A stretch of 64,000 bases of DNA. Source: Corallococcus sp. NCRR (GTDB lineage: Bacteria > Myxococcota > Myxococcia > Myxococcales > Myxococcaceae). The DNA lies in contig NZ_CP114039.1 in assembly GCF_026965535.1 (NCBI RefSeq), forward strand, positions 8,163,461-8,227,460. The letters are read 5' to 3'. A program made the translations under genes and the position numbers. A model generated the notes under the pieces. The model did not search any database and was not told where the DNA came from. It saw only the letters and a list, made by a program, of their open reading frames with translations. Shown here piece after piece: positions 1 through 8,690 of the stretch (within the stretch, counting starts at the first letter, position 1; each line of letters starts with the position of its first letter).

Positions 1-140
1 AAGGGCTACGGCCTGGCGACGGTGGGCGCCATCTGCGCGATGTACACGCTGACGCCCGGCTGTTTCATTGGCGTGCCGGTGGCGGTGTGGATGCTCTTCA
101 CGCTGCGCCGTGACGGCGTGCGCGAGGCCTTCGCACCATG
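1..140 (+). CDS. 3' end of an upstream ORF (hydrophobic C-terminus); partial, start outside window
   Basis: Frame-1 translation KGYGLATVGAICAMYTLTPGCFIGVPVAVWMLFTLRRDGVREAFAP runs into TGA at 138-140 and overlaps the ATG of the next gene (ATGA). Not in the ORF track because it is under 60 aa. Confidence 0.3.
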
Positions 141-1193
141 AACCCGCGCGCCGTCCGCACGGTGCGTTTCCTGCTCACGGGCCTGGGCAACGTGGGCGTG
201 CCGCTCTTGGAGATCCTCCAGTCTCGCGCGTCGCTCCTGATGGAGCGCTACCGGCTGGAGCTGCTGCCGGTGGGACTGGCGGACTCGGGCGGCGCGGCGG
301 TGTCGCCGCATGGGTTGGACCTCGGGGCGGTGCTCGCGGTGAAGCGGGCGCGGCACTCCGTGGCGTCGCTGCCGGTGGTGGGGCGGCCGGGGATGAGCGG
401 GCGCGACCTGGTGCGCGAGGTGAAGGCGGACCTCCTGTTGGAGGCCACGCCCACGAGCTTCCAGGACGGGCAGCCCGGGTTGGACATCACGCGGGACGCG
501 CTGATGCGGGGCATGGCGGCGGTGCTCGCGAGCAAGGGGCCGCTGGTGCTGGGGTTCCGGGAGCTGGCTTCCTTGAGCGACCTGGAGTCGCCGGGCCGAC
601 CTCCCCTGCGCTTCAGCGCGGCGGTGGGCGCGTCGATGCCGCTGGTGAACGTGGGCCGCAGGGATCTGGCGCTGGGGAAGCTGGGCCGGTTCGAGGGCGT
701 GCTCAACAGCACCAGCCACCTGCTCTTGTGCCGCATGGCGGAGGGCAGGACGTACGAGGCCGCGCTGGCGGAGGCGCAGGCGCTGGGCATCGCGGAGACG
801 GACCCGACGCTGGACGTGGACGGCTGGGACACGGCGGGCAAGCTGGTCATCCTGGCCAACGCGGTGATGCGCGTGCCCACGACGCTGAAGGACGTGTCCG
901 TGACGGGGATGCGAGGCGTGACGCGCGCGGACCTGGACGCGGCGAAGGCGAAGGGCGGCCAGGTGCTGCTGCTGGCGCGCGGCGAGCCCGTGGGCGCGGA
1001 GAAGTGGGAGTGGAGCGTGCGGCCCACCGCCGTGGACGCGTCCCATCCCCTGGCCCGGCTGGGCGCGATGGAGATGGGCGCGGTGTTCCGCAGTGATTTG
1101 CACGGCGTGAACACCGTCATCAACGGTGAGCAGGGCGCGCGGGGCACGGGCGCGGCGATGTTGAAGGACGTGCTCGAAATCTTTCCGGACTGA
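138..1193 (+). CDS. hom: homoserine dehydrogenase (short form, no ACT domain)
   Basis: 351-aa ORF. N-terminal Rossmann motif LTGLGNVG. DVDGWDTAGKLVILANAV matches the conserved Hom catalytic-domain signature (D.DG.D.A.K..ILA). High GC3 codon usage. Confidence 0.8.
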   Translation: MNPRAVRTVRFLLTGLGNVGVPLLEILQSRASLLMERYRLELLPVGLADSGGAAVSPHGLDLGAVLAVKRARHSVASLPVVGRPGMSGRDLVREVKADLLLEATPTSFQDGQPGLDITRDALMRGMAAVLASKGPLVLGFRELASLSDLESPGRPPLRFSAAVGASMPLVNVGRRDLALGKLGRFEGVLNSTSHLLLCRMAEGRTYEAALAEAQALGIAETDPTLDVDGWDTAGKLVILANAVMRVPTTLKDVSVTGMRGVTRADLDAAKAKGGQVLLLARGEPVGAEKWEWSVRPTAVDASHPLARLGAMEMGAVFRSDLHGVNTVINGEQGARGTGAAMLKDVLEIFPD

Positions 1194-1294
1194 GGGACGG
1201 GGCATCACGGGACTCGGGGTGGATGTGCGAAGCTCCTGGGTCCCACCGGCGTGGACCCGACACGCCGTTCCCCCCGAGGTGCACCGTGAAGCTG

Positions 1295-1585
1295 ATGCGA
1301 CGCTCCGTCCTCCCGAAGATGGCTTCCCTCCTGATGTTGTTCGCGGCGCCCGCCTTCGCGGTGGAAGACACCCAGGTTTCCTCGGTGCAGGCGCCCGTCG
1401 AGGAGGGAGATACGTGCTCCGTCTGCGGCCCTGCTCCCTGCTGCGTGGTGCTCTGGACGGCGTGGTGCGGCTGCCCGTTCGCCAGCACCGCCAGCGTCGA
1501 GACTGAAGCCCCCGCGGAGGAGCTCCTGGCGTGTGCGCCCCAGAGCCAGCCGCGGACGGCTCCCGAGCAGAGCCAGTCGCTGTAG
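1295..1585 (+). CDS. small secreted cysteine-rich protein (about 97 aa)
   Basis: MRRSVLPKMASLLMLFAAPAFA is a signal-peptide-like N-terminus (start ATG about 1295, upstream GTG also possible). Mature part has 8 Cys (CSVCGPAPCCVVLWTAWCGCPF). No homolog recognised. Confidence 0.4.
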   Translation: MRRSVLPKMASLLMLFAAPAFAVEDTQVSSVQAPVEEGDTCSVCGPAPCCVVLWTAWCGCPFASTASVETEAPAEELLACAPQSQPRTAPEQSQSL

Positions 1586-1634
1586 TTCCTGTCCGCGCGG
1601 CCCCCGGACGGAACAGGTCCGGGGGCGTCGCACC

Positions 1635-2591
1635 TCATCCGCGAGTCGCGGCCAGGAGCCGCGTCAGGAGCGGCGCCACCAGTTCCTCGCCGCGTAGCTG
1701 GGAACGCCAGCGGTGCGGAATGCCGTTCACGCCGAAGATGAGTCCCGCGATGCCGCCCGCCACGCAGGCCGTGGTGTCCGTGTCGTGGCCCAGCCGGATG
1801 GCGGATTTGACGATCTCTTCGTAGGTCTTCCCGTTCGCGACGCAGGCCCGTGCGGAGCGCAGGCAATCCACGACATAGCCTCCGCCCGTCCCCGGTGCCG
1901 GGTCATCCGGGCGGATGTGGGCTTCCAGTTCTTCCCGCTGTGGGAAGCCCTCCACGTACAGGTCGCGGAACGTGGCCACGGCGTCGGCCCAGGGGTCCGC
2001 CGCGCCTTCCAGAATGCGGCGGGCCCAAAGGCAGTACAGCGCGCAGCAAACCTGGGCGCGCACATGGCCATGCGTGACGCGAGACTGCGCCATGGCATCC
2101 GATACGAGCGCCGCGTCCTTGCCCTTGTGCCACAGGGCCAATGGCAACACACGCATCAGTGAGCCATTGCCATTGTCCATCGTGCCGTTGGGGCCCGCGA
2201 GCATCGCCGGCGTGCCGTCACGCAACCGGCGCAGGGCAGTGCTGGTCTGGATGCCCACGTCGAACACGTCGCCGTCCACGGCGAGGTAACCCCAGTCCTG
2301 CCAGTTCACCAGCCGCCGGCCCAGGTCCTCGCAGTCGAGCCGCTTCTGATACGTCAGCGAGTCCAGGAGGCACAGCGCATGGGCGCCATCGTCCGACCAG
2401 GTGCCCGGGGGGACCCTGTCATGCGCGCGGTTGAAGCCCGGCGGCGGGTCGTACTCGATGGCCTCCGGAGCTGGGATTTGCTCCGGCCGATGGAACTCGT
2501 AGGGCACCCCGAGCGCATCGCCAATGAGCAATCCATACACCCCTCCCGCAATGCGCTCCTCGCGACTCACCATGTCCCAGCCTCCCAGCAT
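1635..2591 (-). CDS. ADP-ribosylglycohydrolase family protein (ARH/DraG-like)
   Basis: 318 aa. Motifs typical of the ARH fold: GGVYGLLIGDALGVPYEF near the N-terminus, TWSDDGAHALCL, and HDTDTTACVAGGIAGLIFG near the C-terminus (metal-binding Asp/Thr clusters). Sits 34 bp downstream of the caspase-like/HTH gene on the same strand. Confidence 0.8.
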   Translation of the reverse strand: MLGGWDMVSREERIAGGVYGLLIGDALGVPYEFHRPEQIPAPEAIEYDPPPGFNRAHDRVPPGTWSDDGAHALCLLDSLTYQKRLDCEDLGRRLVNWQDWGYLAVDGDVFDVGIQTSTALRRLRDGTPAMLAGPNGTMDNGNGSLMRVLPLALWHKGKDAALVSDAMAQSRVTHGHVRAQVCCALYCLWARRILEGAADPWADAVATFRDLYVEGFPQREELEAHIRPDDPAPGTGGGYVVDCLRSARACVANGKTYEEIVKSAIRLGHDTDTTACVAGGIAGLIFGVNGIPHRWRSQLRGEELVAPLLTRLLAATRG

Positions 2592-2625
2592 AGTGTACCA
2601 TGGACACCATCGACGTGTCTTGGTC

Positions 2626-4296
2626 TCACTTGGGAGGTGGCGGGAACTGGTCCGCCAGGGCTTTCATGCCGGCCTCCATGTAGACCCGCTTCCACCGGAG
2701 CAGGTCTTCCACGGGCACACCCGCTCGCCGGGCCACGTCGCCTTCGTACTCTGTTCCGGCGAGCAGGCGGATGACGGCGTCGGCCATGCCGCCGGCTCCT
2801 GCGAGGTCCCTGCCAGGCGGGAGGGTCTCCGGTCGTGCCAAGGACATCGTCGTCACGGATCCAGCGAGTGGCAGCCGGACCGCGGGATCCCCCAGCAGGA
2901 TGTATCCCGCGAGGTCATGCCTCAGCATCCACAGGTGCGCGAGGTCCACGGGATTCACCGCGCTGTCTCGCCCCGAGCGGCGCGCGAACTCCTCCTGATC
3001 ATAGAGCGTCGTCAGCTCCATGTTGGCCAGGTTGAAGGAGCGAAGGAGCGCGCTCAACCCCACTCCGGCTCGGCTGCCTTCCACCAGGGAGCTCAGCAGG
3101 CCCATGAAGCGCGACGGCCGGTCGCGGGCCAGGCAGGTCATGTCCTGGAACGAATAGGTCCAGGCCAGGTCCACGTGCCCCATCACCGCCAGCGGGCCCT
3201 GGGGATTGGCGAGCGCGGCCTGGGGCAGCGCGGCGACAAAGGGACGCTCGCCCTCGCGCGGAAGTGATTCCAGCAATCGCTCGAGCCGGCCTGGGTACTC
3301 ACCCGCCTCGCGCAACCGCGACAACCACGCGTGATAGGCACTGCGAGAGGGCGTGCCCGCGCTGAAACAGGCGAAGTAGAACCAGAAGCCCCCTGGGAGA
3401 AAGGCGGTGGAGGCCAGGTCCGACGCCTCCAGCGTCCCCTGCCCTCCCAGGCTCATGGCCCCCTGGCGCGCGCGCTGCTCCCCCACGGAAGCCCAACCCC
3501 GACGCGGGGCGCCCAGCCCATGGCTCAGGGTGAAGAGCATGGAGGGATGCGGCGACGCCACCTGTCCGAGCAATTCCCCCAGCGACCAGGCCCCGGGCTC
3601 ACCGAGCTCACATGGGACCTCCGCGCGAAGAAGGCCCTCCTCCTGCCGCGTGCGGAGGCTCCTGAAACTGGGGGCCATCAGCGCCTGATAGCCCACGGTG
3701 GTCGCGGGCGTTCCATCGTGGGCCGTGAAGAGGAGCGTGCGGGCCCGCTGCTCGGGCGCGGGCGTGCGACTCCAACGCAACACCTTGTCCACATAGGCCT
3801 CATAGCCCGCGTCCGAACCAAAGGTGAGCCGGCCCGTGAAGCCTCCCGCGCCGAGCATCTGCTGAAGCTCGAAGGACACCTGGTCGAAGTCGCCCAGCAT
3901 CAACAGGAAGGCGGGCTGCTCCGTCTCGGACGCGTCCTCGTCGCGCAGCACGGAGTCCATCCACCGGACCGCCTGGATCCCATCCATCCCCGGGGGAACG
4001 CGATACACGCGCACCGGTGCGCCCTGCTCCTCCGCACGCAGTGCGCACAGAGGAGCGATGAGGGCCAGCAGCCGGTCCCCCAGCGGCCCTTCGGGGACCA
4101 CCACCCCCCAACGTTGGTCTGGCAATGAATTGGGGTCCCGGTCCGGGCGGAGCAGCACGTCCTCGGATGAGGCCCTCCCCGCCTCCTCCCGAGGCGCCTC
4201 GGGCCGAGGCTGATGGGAGGCCGCATCCAGGGGGAGGGCTTCCTCCAGCACCGGCCGGCGGTCATTGGCGTGGCTCAACAGCAGTTCGAAGTCCAT
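2626..4296 (-). CDS. caspase-like (CHAT/peptidase C14-type His-Cys dyad) protein with C-terminal helix-turn-helix
   Basis: 556 aa from ATG at 4294-4296 (MDFELLLSH; the track ORF extends further 5' but overlaps the promoter elements). Candidate catalytic His in LFTLSHGLG (aa ~259) and Cys in FWFYFACFSAG (aa ~310), in caspase order. C-terminal GDVARRAGVPVEDLLRWKRVYMEAG resembles IS3/HTH_23-type DNA-binding helices. Confidence 0.55.
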   Translation of the reverse strand: MDFELLLSHANDRRPVLEEALPLDAASHQPRPEAPREEAGRASSEDVLLRPDRDPNSLPDQRWGVVVPEGPLGDRLLALIAPLCALRAEEQGAPVRVYRVPPGMDGIQAVRWMDSVLRDEDASETEQPAFLLMLGDFDQVSFELQQMLGAGGFTGRLTFGSDAGYEAYVDKVLRWSRTPAPEQRARTLLFTAHDGTPATTVGYQALMAPSFRSLRTRQEEGLLRAEVPCELGEPGAWSLGELLGQVASPHPSMLFTLSHGLGAPRRGWASVGEQRARQGAMSLGGQGTLEASDLASTAFLPGGFWFYFACFSAGTPSRSAYHAWLSRLREAGEYPGRLERLLESLPREGERPFVAALPQAALANPQGPLAVMGHVDLAWTYSFQDMTCLARDRPSRFMGLLSSLVEGSRAGVGLSALLRSFNLANMELTTLYDQEEFARRSGRDSAVNPVDLAHLWMLRHDLAGYILLGDPAVRLPLAGSVTTMSLARPETLPPGRDLAGAGGMADAVIRLLAGTEYEGDVARRAGVPVEDLLRWKRVYMEAGMKALADQFPPPPK

Positions 4297-4310
4297 GCGA
4301 CAGGGTCCCT

Positions 4311-4326
4311 TGCCACTTCCCTGCCA
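4311..4326 (-). promoter_or_regulatory. candidate sigma-54 (-24/-12) promoter for the caspase-like/HTH + ARH operon
   Basis: Minus-strand reading TGGCAG-ggaag-TGGCA (GG-N10-GC spacing). Only ~13 nt to the annotated ATG, so either the TSS is at the start codon or this element is weaker than the others. Confidence 0.3.
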
Positions 4327-4369
4327 CCCGGCTCGCGGCCCGGGTCCTCCAGGCCGTCTGGCTTCTTTT

Positions 4370-4399
4370 GACGCGCAAATACCTGTCACTGACGCGTCA
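4370..4399. promoter_or_regulatory. 10-mer array D (TGACGCGCAA ... TGACGCGTCA, 20-bp phasing): putative enhancer/UAS
   Basis: TGACGCGCAA at 4370-4379 and the palindromic TGACGCGTCA at 4390-4399, with CTGTCAC between. Same 10-mer family as arrays at 8641, 28521 and 30326. Lies ~45 bp upstream of the GG-N10-GC element. Confidence 0.45.
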
Positions 4400-4695
4400 G
4401 GGTTTCCCGTGATGCGGACGCCTCCGCTGAGCCGCCACTGGCACGGCGCCAGCAGTGGCGCCCTCGCGGTGAAGGCATTGGCGGCAGGAAAGCGAGGCAA
4501 ACAGATGCGCCGGGAAGATCAGCAACAGGGTCGGCGATCCACCTGGGTTGGAGACACCCCGCCGACCCGGCGGGGGCGGACGAGCCCCCGTTTGTCGTCT
4601 GGCCCCTCAAGGGAGCAGCCTCGACCTGATAGTCTTTGTGTCAACACTGTCCACGACGTGCGCTTGCGGAGGCACGTGGGCACTGAGGACCGCCA

Positions 4696-7600
4696 ATGCA
4701 TGAGAGGTACGAGGAAGAGCTGCGCGTCGCGCAAGCCCGGGGAGTGGTGTCCCCCGAGGAGGCCGAAGCGCTGCTCGCGGAGGGTCGGCGCGCGGGACGC
4801 GACCCTCTGGCGCGCCTCGTGGAGGACGGCGTGATCTCCGAGGAGACACTCGCCGCGATCCGGGCCACGGCGCGCGATGAGGTGACGCCTCATGTCCCGC
4901 CTCCCGCCCCCCTGGAGCAGGCGAGGGAAACGCCTCCGCAGGCCGACGGCACCACCTTCACCCGCCACCCCAGCCCCGAGGCGGCGCAGCCTCCGGCGCA
5001 AGAGCCGGCCTTCCCCGTCCCGGGCTGGGAGCGGTACCAGCCCGTGCGCTTCCTGGGACAGGGCGGCATGGGCCGGGTCTATCTGGCGTACGACCCGCTG
5101 CTGCGGCGCCACGTCGCGCTCAAGTTCGTGCGGGGCGAGGACCCCGAGCTCGTGCGCCGCTTCGGCGCCGAGGCCCAGGCCCAGGCCCGCGTGGAACATG
5201 AGAGGGTTTGCAAGGTGTATGAAGTGGGCGAGGTCCGGGGCCAGCCCTTCATCGCCATGCAGTACATCCAGGGACGGCCCCTGCTGGAGGTGGCCCGGGA
5301 GCTCTCCGTGGAGCAGACGGTGAAGGTGGTGCAGCAGGCCACCGAGGGCGTGCACGCGGCCCACCGCGCCGGACTCATCCACCGTGACATCAAGCCCTCC
5401 AACATCCTCGTCGAGCGCGGCGAGGATGGGCAGTGGAAGCCCTACGTCATGGACTTCGGGCTGGCGCGTGACTGGCAGCGGGAGCACACCGTCACCGGCA
5501 CGGTCCTGGGCACCGTGCATTACATGGCCCCCGAGCAGGCCCGCGGCGATGTGCATCAACTGGACAGGCGCGCGGATGTCTACAGCCTCGGCGCCACGCT
5601 CTATGTCCTGCTCACGGGCAAGACGCCCATCCCGGGGAACAACAACCTGGAGGTGCTCGCGAAGCTGGCCACGCAGGATCCGCGCCCGCTGCGCGAGCTG
5701 AACAAGAACGTCCCCTCGGACCTGGAGGCCATCGTCCTCAAGTGCCTGGAGCGCGAACCCGCGGCTCGGTACGACTCGGCGCGGGCGCTGTCCGAGGACC
5801 TGGAGCGATTCCTCAACGGGGAGCCCGTGAAGGCCCGCGCGGTGGGCCACTGGTACCGGCTGCGCAAGCGGGCTCGCAAGCACCGGGCGCTCGTCGCCAT
5901 GGCCTCGGTGACGCTGGTGCTGGTGTGTCTGGCCATGGGCCAGGTGGTGCTCACCCGCCGGCACCTGGGCATGCGCGAGAACCTGGCGCGCCGCTTCGCC
6001 GAGCTGTCGTCGGAGGTCGAATACAACGCCCGGCTCATGACCATCAGCCGCCTGCACGACACGAGCGCCGAGCGGCAGCTCCTGCGTGAGAAGCTGAAGG
6101 ACATTGAACGGGAGATGCAGGCGGGCGGCGAGCCGGCCCTGGGCCCCGGGCACTATGCGCTGGGAAAGGGCTGGCTGGATCTGGGCGAGCCCGCCAGGGC
6201 CCGCGAACACCTGGAGGCCGCCTGGCAGTCTGGCTTCCAGCAGCCGCGCGTCGCCTCCGCGATGAGCCTGGCCCTGGGCCAGCTCTACAACCTCCAACTG
6301 CGCGGCGAACAGCTCGCGGGGGATCAGCTGCTGGGCGCACCCGCGCCGGAGCAGCTCAAGGCCCGCCGCGACGAGCTGGCGCGGCGGTACCGGGACCCGG
6401 CGCTCTTCTGGCTGCGCCAGAGCCAGGACGCGCTCGTCCTTCCCGCCGAGTACATGTCCGCGCTCCTGGCCTTCTACGAGGAGCGCTCCGACGAGGCCCT
6501 GCTCCGGCTCGACGCGCTCGGCCAGCGGCTGCCCTGGTTCTACGAAGCCCTCAAGCTGCGGGGCGACATCCTCTTCCGGCGCGCGATGGTGCGTTGGGAT
6601 GGCGGCGGACGCACGCCGGAGGAGCGCGCACTGGTCCAGGCCGACCTGGAAGCAGCCCGCCGGAGCTACGTCCAGGTCGCGGACACCGCCCAGAGCTGGC
6701 CCGAGGCGCACTACGCGCTCGCCGCCGTGGAGGTGGAGGCGATCTCCATGGACCTCTACGACGCGCAGGCGCGCGCGGAGCATGCCCGGCGCGCGTTCGA
6801 GCACCTCGCGCGCGCACTCAAGGCCGCGCCGGACCATGCCCCGTCCTGGGCCCTGCAGGCCACGCTCCACCGGAACCTCGCCCGCCTGGGGCCGGCCACC
6901 GACGCGGAGGCGTCGCTGCGCAAGGCGACGGACTCGGCCCGACGCGCCCTGGAGCTCGCCCCCTCGAACCTGCTGGCGCGCAAGGAGCTGGGCATGGACC
7001 TCTGGGCCCTGGCCGCGCATCGCCAGTCACAGGGGTTGGATCCGCGCGAGGCGCTCGCGAAGGCCCTCGAAGTCCTGGAGAGCGTCGCCCCCGCGGACCG
7101 GGACTATTACATCCACCATGCGCTGGCCCTCACGTTCATGACCTGGGCGGACCACGAGGAGCAGCTCCACCTGGACGCCCGGGACCACCGCGACAGGGCC
7201 ATTGAAGCCTTTCAGAAGGTGCTCGGTCTCGCGGGCCGATACCAGGCGGCATGGAACAACCTGGCCGCGCAGTACTACCAGCGCGCCTCGGCCCCGGGTG
7301 CGCTCACGGTGGACGAGGATCTGGGCCAGGCCGAGCAGGCGCTGAAGAAGAGCCTGGCGCTCAATCCCCGGAGCGTGGCGGCCCACTTCCAGACCGGCCG
7401 GCTCCAGCTGTTCCGGGCCCAGCGCCTGCGTGACAGGGACGCGGATCCGCGCCCGGCGTTGGCGGCGGTGCGCGAAGCCTGCCGGTTGGGATTGGCCATC
7501 AACCCCCGGATCGAGAACTTCTCCTTCCTCGAAGGTCTGGCGTTCATGGACGAGGCCCGGGACGCCTGGGAACGCGGCGAGTCTCCCCTCCCCCTGATTG

Positions 7601-8259
7601 AGCAGGCGCGGCACTCCTTCGAGAGGGCCCGCTCCGTGGCGCCCGAGAGCGCCGACGCCTACAACAACCTCTCGCACCTGCATGCGACGGGCGCCGTGTA
7701 TCAGCAAGCGCTGGGGCAGGACCCATCGCCGAGCCTTCAGGCCGCGGTGCAGGCGTCCCGAGAGGCCCTGAAGCGAGCCCCCGAGCAGTGCCTCGCCCTG
7801 AGCAACCTGGGACGTGCCCTGCGCCTCCAGGCAACGGCCTTGATGGACACCCGGAGGGACCCGGGCGTCCCCCTGTCCAAGGCCCTGGGGGCCCTTCAAC
7901 AGGCCATCGCGCATGCCCCCGGCGACAAGGACGCCACGCTCTATCTGGCGGAGGCCCAGGCGCTCCGGGCCCGTTGGCGGAAGGCGGACAGGGATTTCGA
8001 GGAGGCGGCTCGAACGTATCAGTCGGCCCTCTCACTGAGCGGTGGCTCCCTGGACTTCCGCCTGGCGCTGGCCCACTTCTATCGGGAATGGGCCGCGTGG
8101 AGGCAGCAGTCCGGTCTGGACGCGAGCGGTCTCATCGAACAGGGACTGCTGCGGGTGGGTGAGGTCCTGGAGGCCCGCCCCTCCTGGGCCGAGGCCCAGG
8201 CCCTGCGGGCGAATCTTCAGCTGCTCCAGAACCCATTCCGCGCGGAGTCGGTCCGGTAA
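4696..8259 (+). CDS. Ser/Thr protein kinase with transmembrane segment and long TPR-like C-terminal region
   Basis: 1187 aa. Hanks kinase motifs GQGGMGRVY, VALK, HRDIKPSNIL, DFGLA, APE. Hydrophobic segment ALVAMASVTLVLVCLAMGQVVL after the kinase domain. Remainder is alpha-helical repeat-rich (TPR-like). Confidence 0.9.
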   Translation: MHERYEEELRVAQARGVVSPEEAEALLAEGRRAGRDPLARLVEDGVISEETLAAIRATARDEVTPHVPPPAPLEQARETPPQADGTTFTRHPSPEAAQPPAQEPAFPVPGWERYQPVRFLGQGGMGRVYLAYDPLLRRHVALKFVRGEDPELVRRFGAEAQAQARVEHERVCKVYEVGEVRGQPFIAMQYIQGRPLLEVARELSVEQTVKVVQQATEGVHAAHRAGLIHRDIKPSNILVERGEDGQWKPYVMDFGLARDWQREHTVTGTVLGTVHYMAPEQARGDVHQLDRRADVYSLGATLYVLLTGKTPIPGNNNLEVLAKLATQDPRPLRELNKNVPSDLEAIVLKCLEREPAARYDSARALSEDLERFLNGEPVKARAVGHWYRLRKRARKHRALVAMASVTLVLVCLAMGQVVLTRRHLGMRENLARRFAELSSEVEYNARLMTISRLHDTSAERQLLREKLKDIEREMQAGGEPALGPGHYALGKGWLDLGEPARAREHLEAAWQSGFQQPRVASAMSLALGQLYNLQLRGEQLAGDQLLGAPAPEQLKARRDELARRYRDPALFWLRQSQDALVLPAEYMSALLAFYEERSDEALLRLDALGQRLPWFYEALKLRGDILFRRAMVRWDGGGRTPEERALVQADLEAARRSYVQVADTAQSWPEAHYALAAVEVEAISMDLYDAQARAEHARRAFEHLARALKAAPDHAPSWALQATLHRNLARLGPATDAEASLRKATDSARRALELAPSNLLARKELGMDLWALAAHRQSQGLDPREALAKALEVLESVAPADRDYYIHHALALTFMTWADHEEQLHLDARDHRDRAIEAFQKVLGLAGRYQAAWNNLAAQYYQRASAPGALTVDEDLGQAEQALKKSLALNPRSVAAHFQTGRLQLFRAQRLRDRDADPRPALAAVREACRLGLAINPRIENFSFLEGLAFMDEARDAWERGESPLPLIEQARHSFERARSVAPESADAYNNLSHLHATGAVYQQALGQDPSPSLQAAVQASREALKRAPEQCLALSNLGRALRLQATALMDTRRDPGVPLSKALGALQQAIAHAPGDKDATLYLAEAQALRARWRKADRDFEEAARTYQSALSLSGGSLDFRLALAHFYREWAAWRQQSGLDASGLIEQGLLRVGEVLEARPSWAEAQALRANLQLLQNPFRAESVR

Positions 8260-8268
8260 AAACAGACA

Positions 8269-8299
8269 GGGGCACGGCGTCGTTTGAACGCCGTGCCCC
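8269..8299. terminator. GC-rich hairpin between convergent genes (putative bidirectional intrinsic terminator)
   Basis: GGGGCACGGCG-tcgtttgaa-CGCCGTGCCCC is an 11-bp perfect stem. It starts 10 nt after the kinase TAA and ~20 nt from the stop of the convergent small ORF. No U-tract, which is common in high-GC genomes. Confidence 0.5.
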
Positions 8300-8318
8300 G
8301 GGTTGCCCTGTCAGCGGT

Positions 8319-8519
8319 TCACGGCTGGTACACGGACCCCGCGAAGCCTTCGATCTTGGGGTTGGTGGTATCCGTGACGTTGCCGGCGGTGCCGGTGTCG
8401 TCATCGTCGAAAGGCAGGGGCTTGCGCTGGACCGGGGCGCGCGCGGGCGGGGGCGGAACGGGCGCGGGGGGCTGCTCGCGGTCCTGAGAGGGATTGCACT
8501 GCATTTCGGGTCGACTCAT
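8319..8519 (-). CDS. small hypothetical protein (67 aa), Pro-rich N-terminus, acidic DDDD patch
   Basis: MSRPEMQCNPSQDREQPPAPVPPPPARAPVQRKPLPFDDDDTGTAGNVTDTTNPKIEGFAGSVYQP. GAGG Shine-Dalgarno 8 nt upstream of the ATG. The longer track ORF (to 8597) would overlap its own sigma-54 promoter, so the downstream ATG is preferred. Confidence 0.3.
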   Translation of the reverse strand: MSRPEMQCNPSQDREQPPAPVPPPPARAPVQRKPLPFDDDDTGTAGNVTDTTNPKIEGFAGSVYQP

Positions 8520-8585
8520 CGGAATGCCTCGCGTGAACGGGGGTTGGCAGGCCCGGGGGTTCGCGAGCCTGTCGCCGACACATTC

Positions 8586-8601
8586 AGCAATGCGCATGCC
8601 G
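8586..8601 (-). promoter_or_regulatory. candidate sigma-54 promoter (GGCAT-N5-TTGCT)
   Basis: Minus-strand reading cGGCATGcgcaTTGCTgaa fits the TGGCAC-N5-TTGCW consensus (GG and GC exactly 10 nt apart). Lies 40 bp downstream of array C and ~65 nt upstream of the small-ORF ATG. Confidence 0.5.
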
Positions 8602-8640
8602 ACCGACTTCCCAGGTAGGGCGGTCCGCTCGTCGCGAAAC

Positions 8641-8690
8641 TTGCGCGTCAGCGCTGACGCTTGCGCGTCAACTGGCGCGCAAGCGCGTCA
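8641..8690. promoter_or_regulatory. 10-mer array C: three TTGCGCGTCA-type units at exact 20-bp phasing (putative sigma-54 enhancer/UAS)
   Basis: TTGCGCGTCA at 8641-8650, TTGCGCGTCA at 8661-8670, aaGCGCGTCA at 8681-8690. Inverted half copies (GCTGACGC, GCGCGC) sit between them, giving the local palindrome GCGCGTCAGCGCTGACGC. The array overlaps the stop codon of the EBP gene. Confidence 0.5.

Noticed and set aside
6-1208. 400-aa minus-strand ORF and several other long ORFs overlapping hom
   Set aside because: Antisense/alternative frames of the homoserine dehydrogenase gene. Arg/His/Pro-rich low-complexity translation, no start context.
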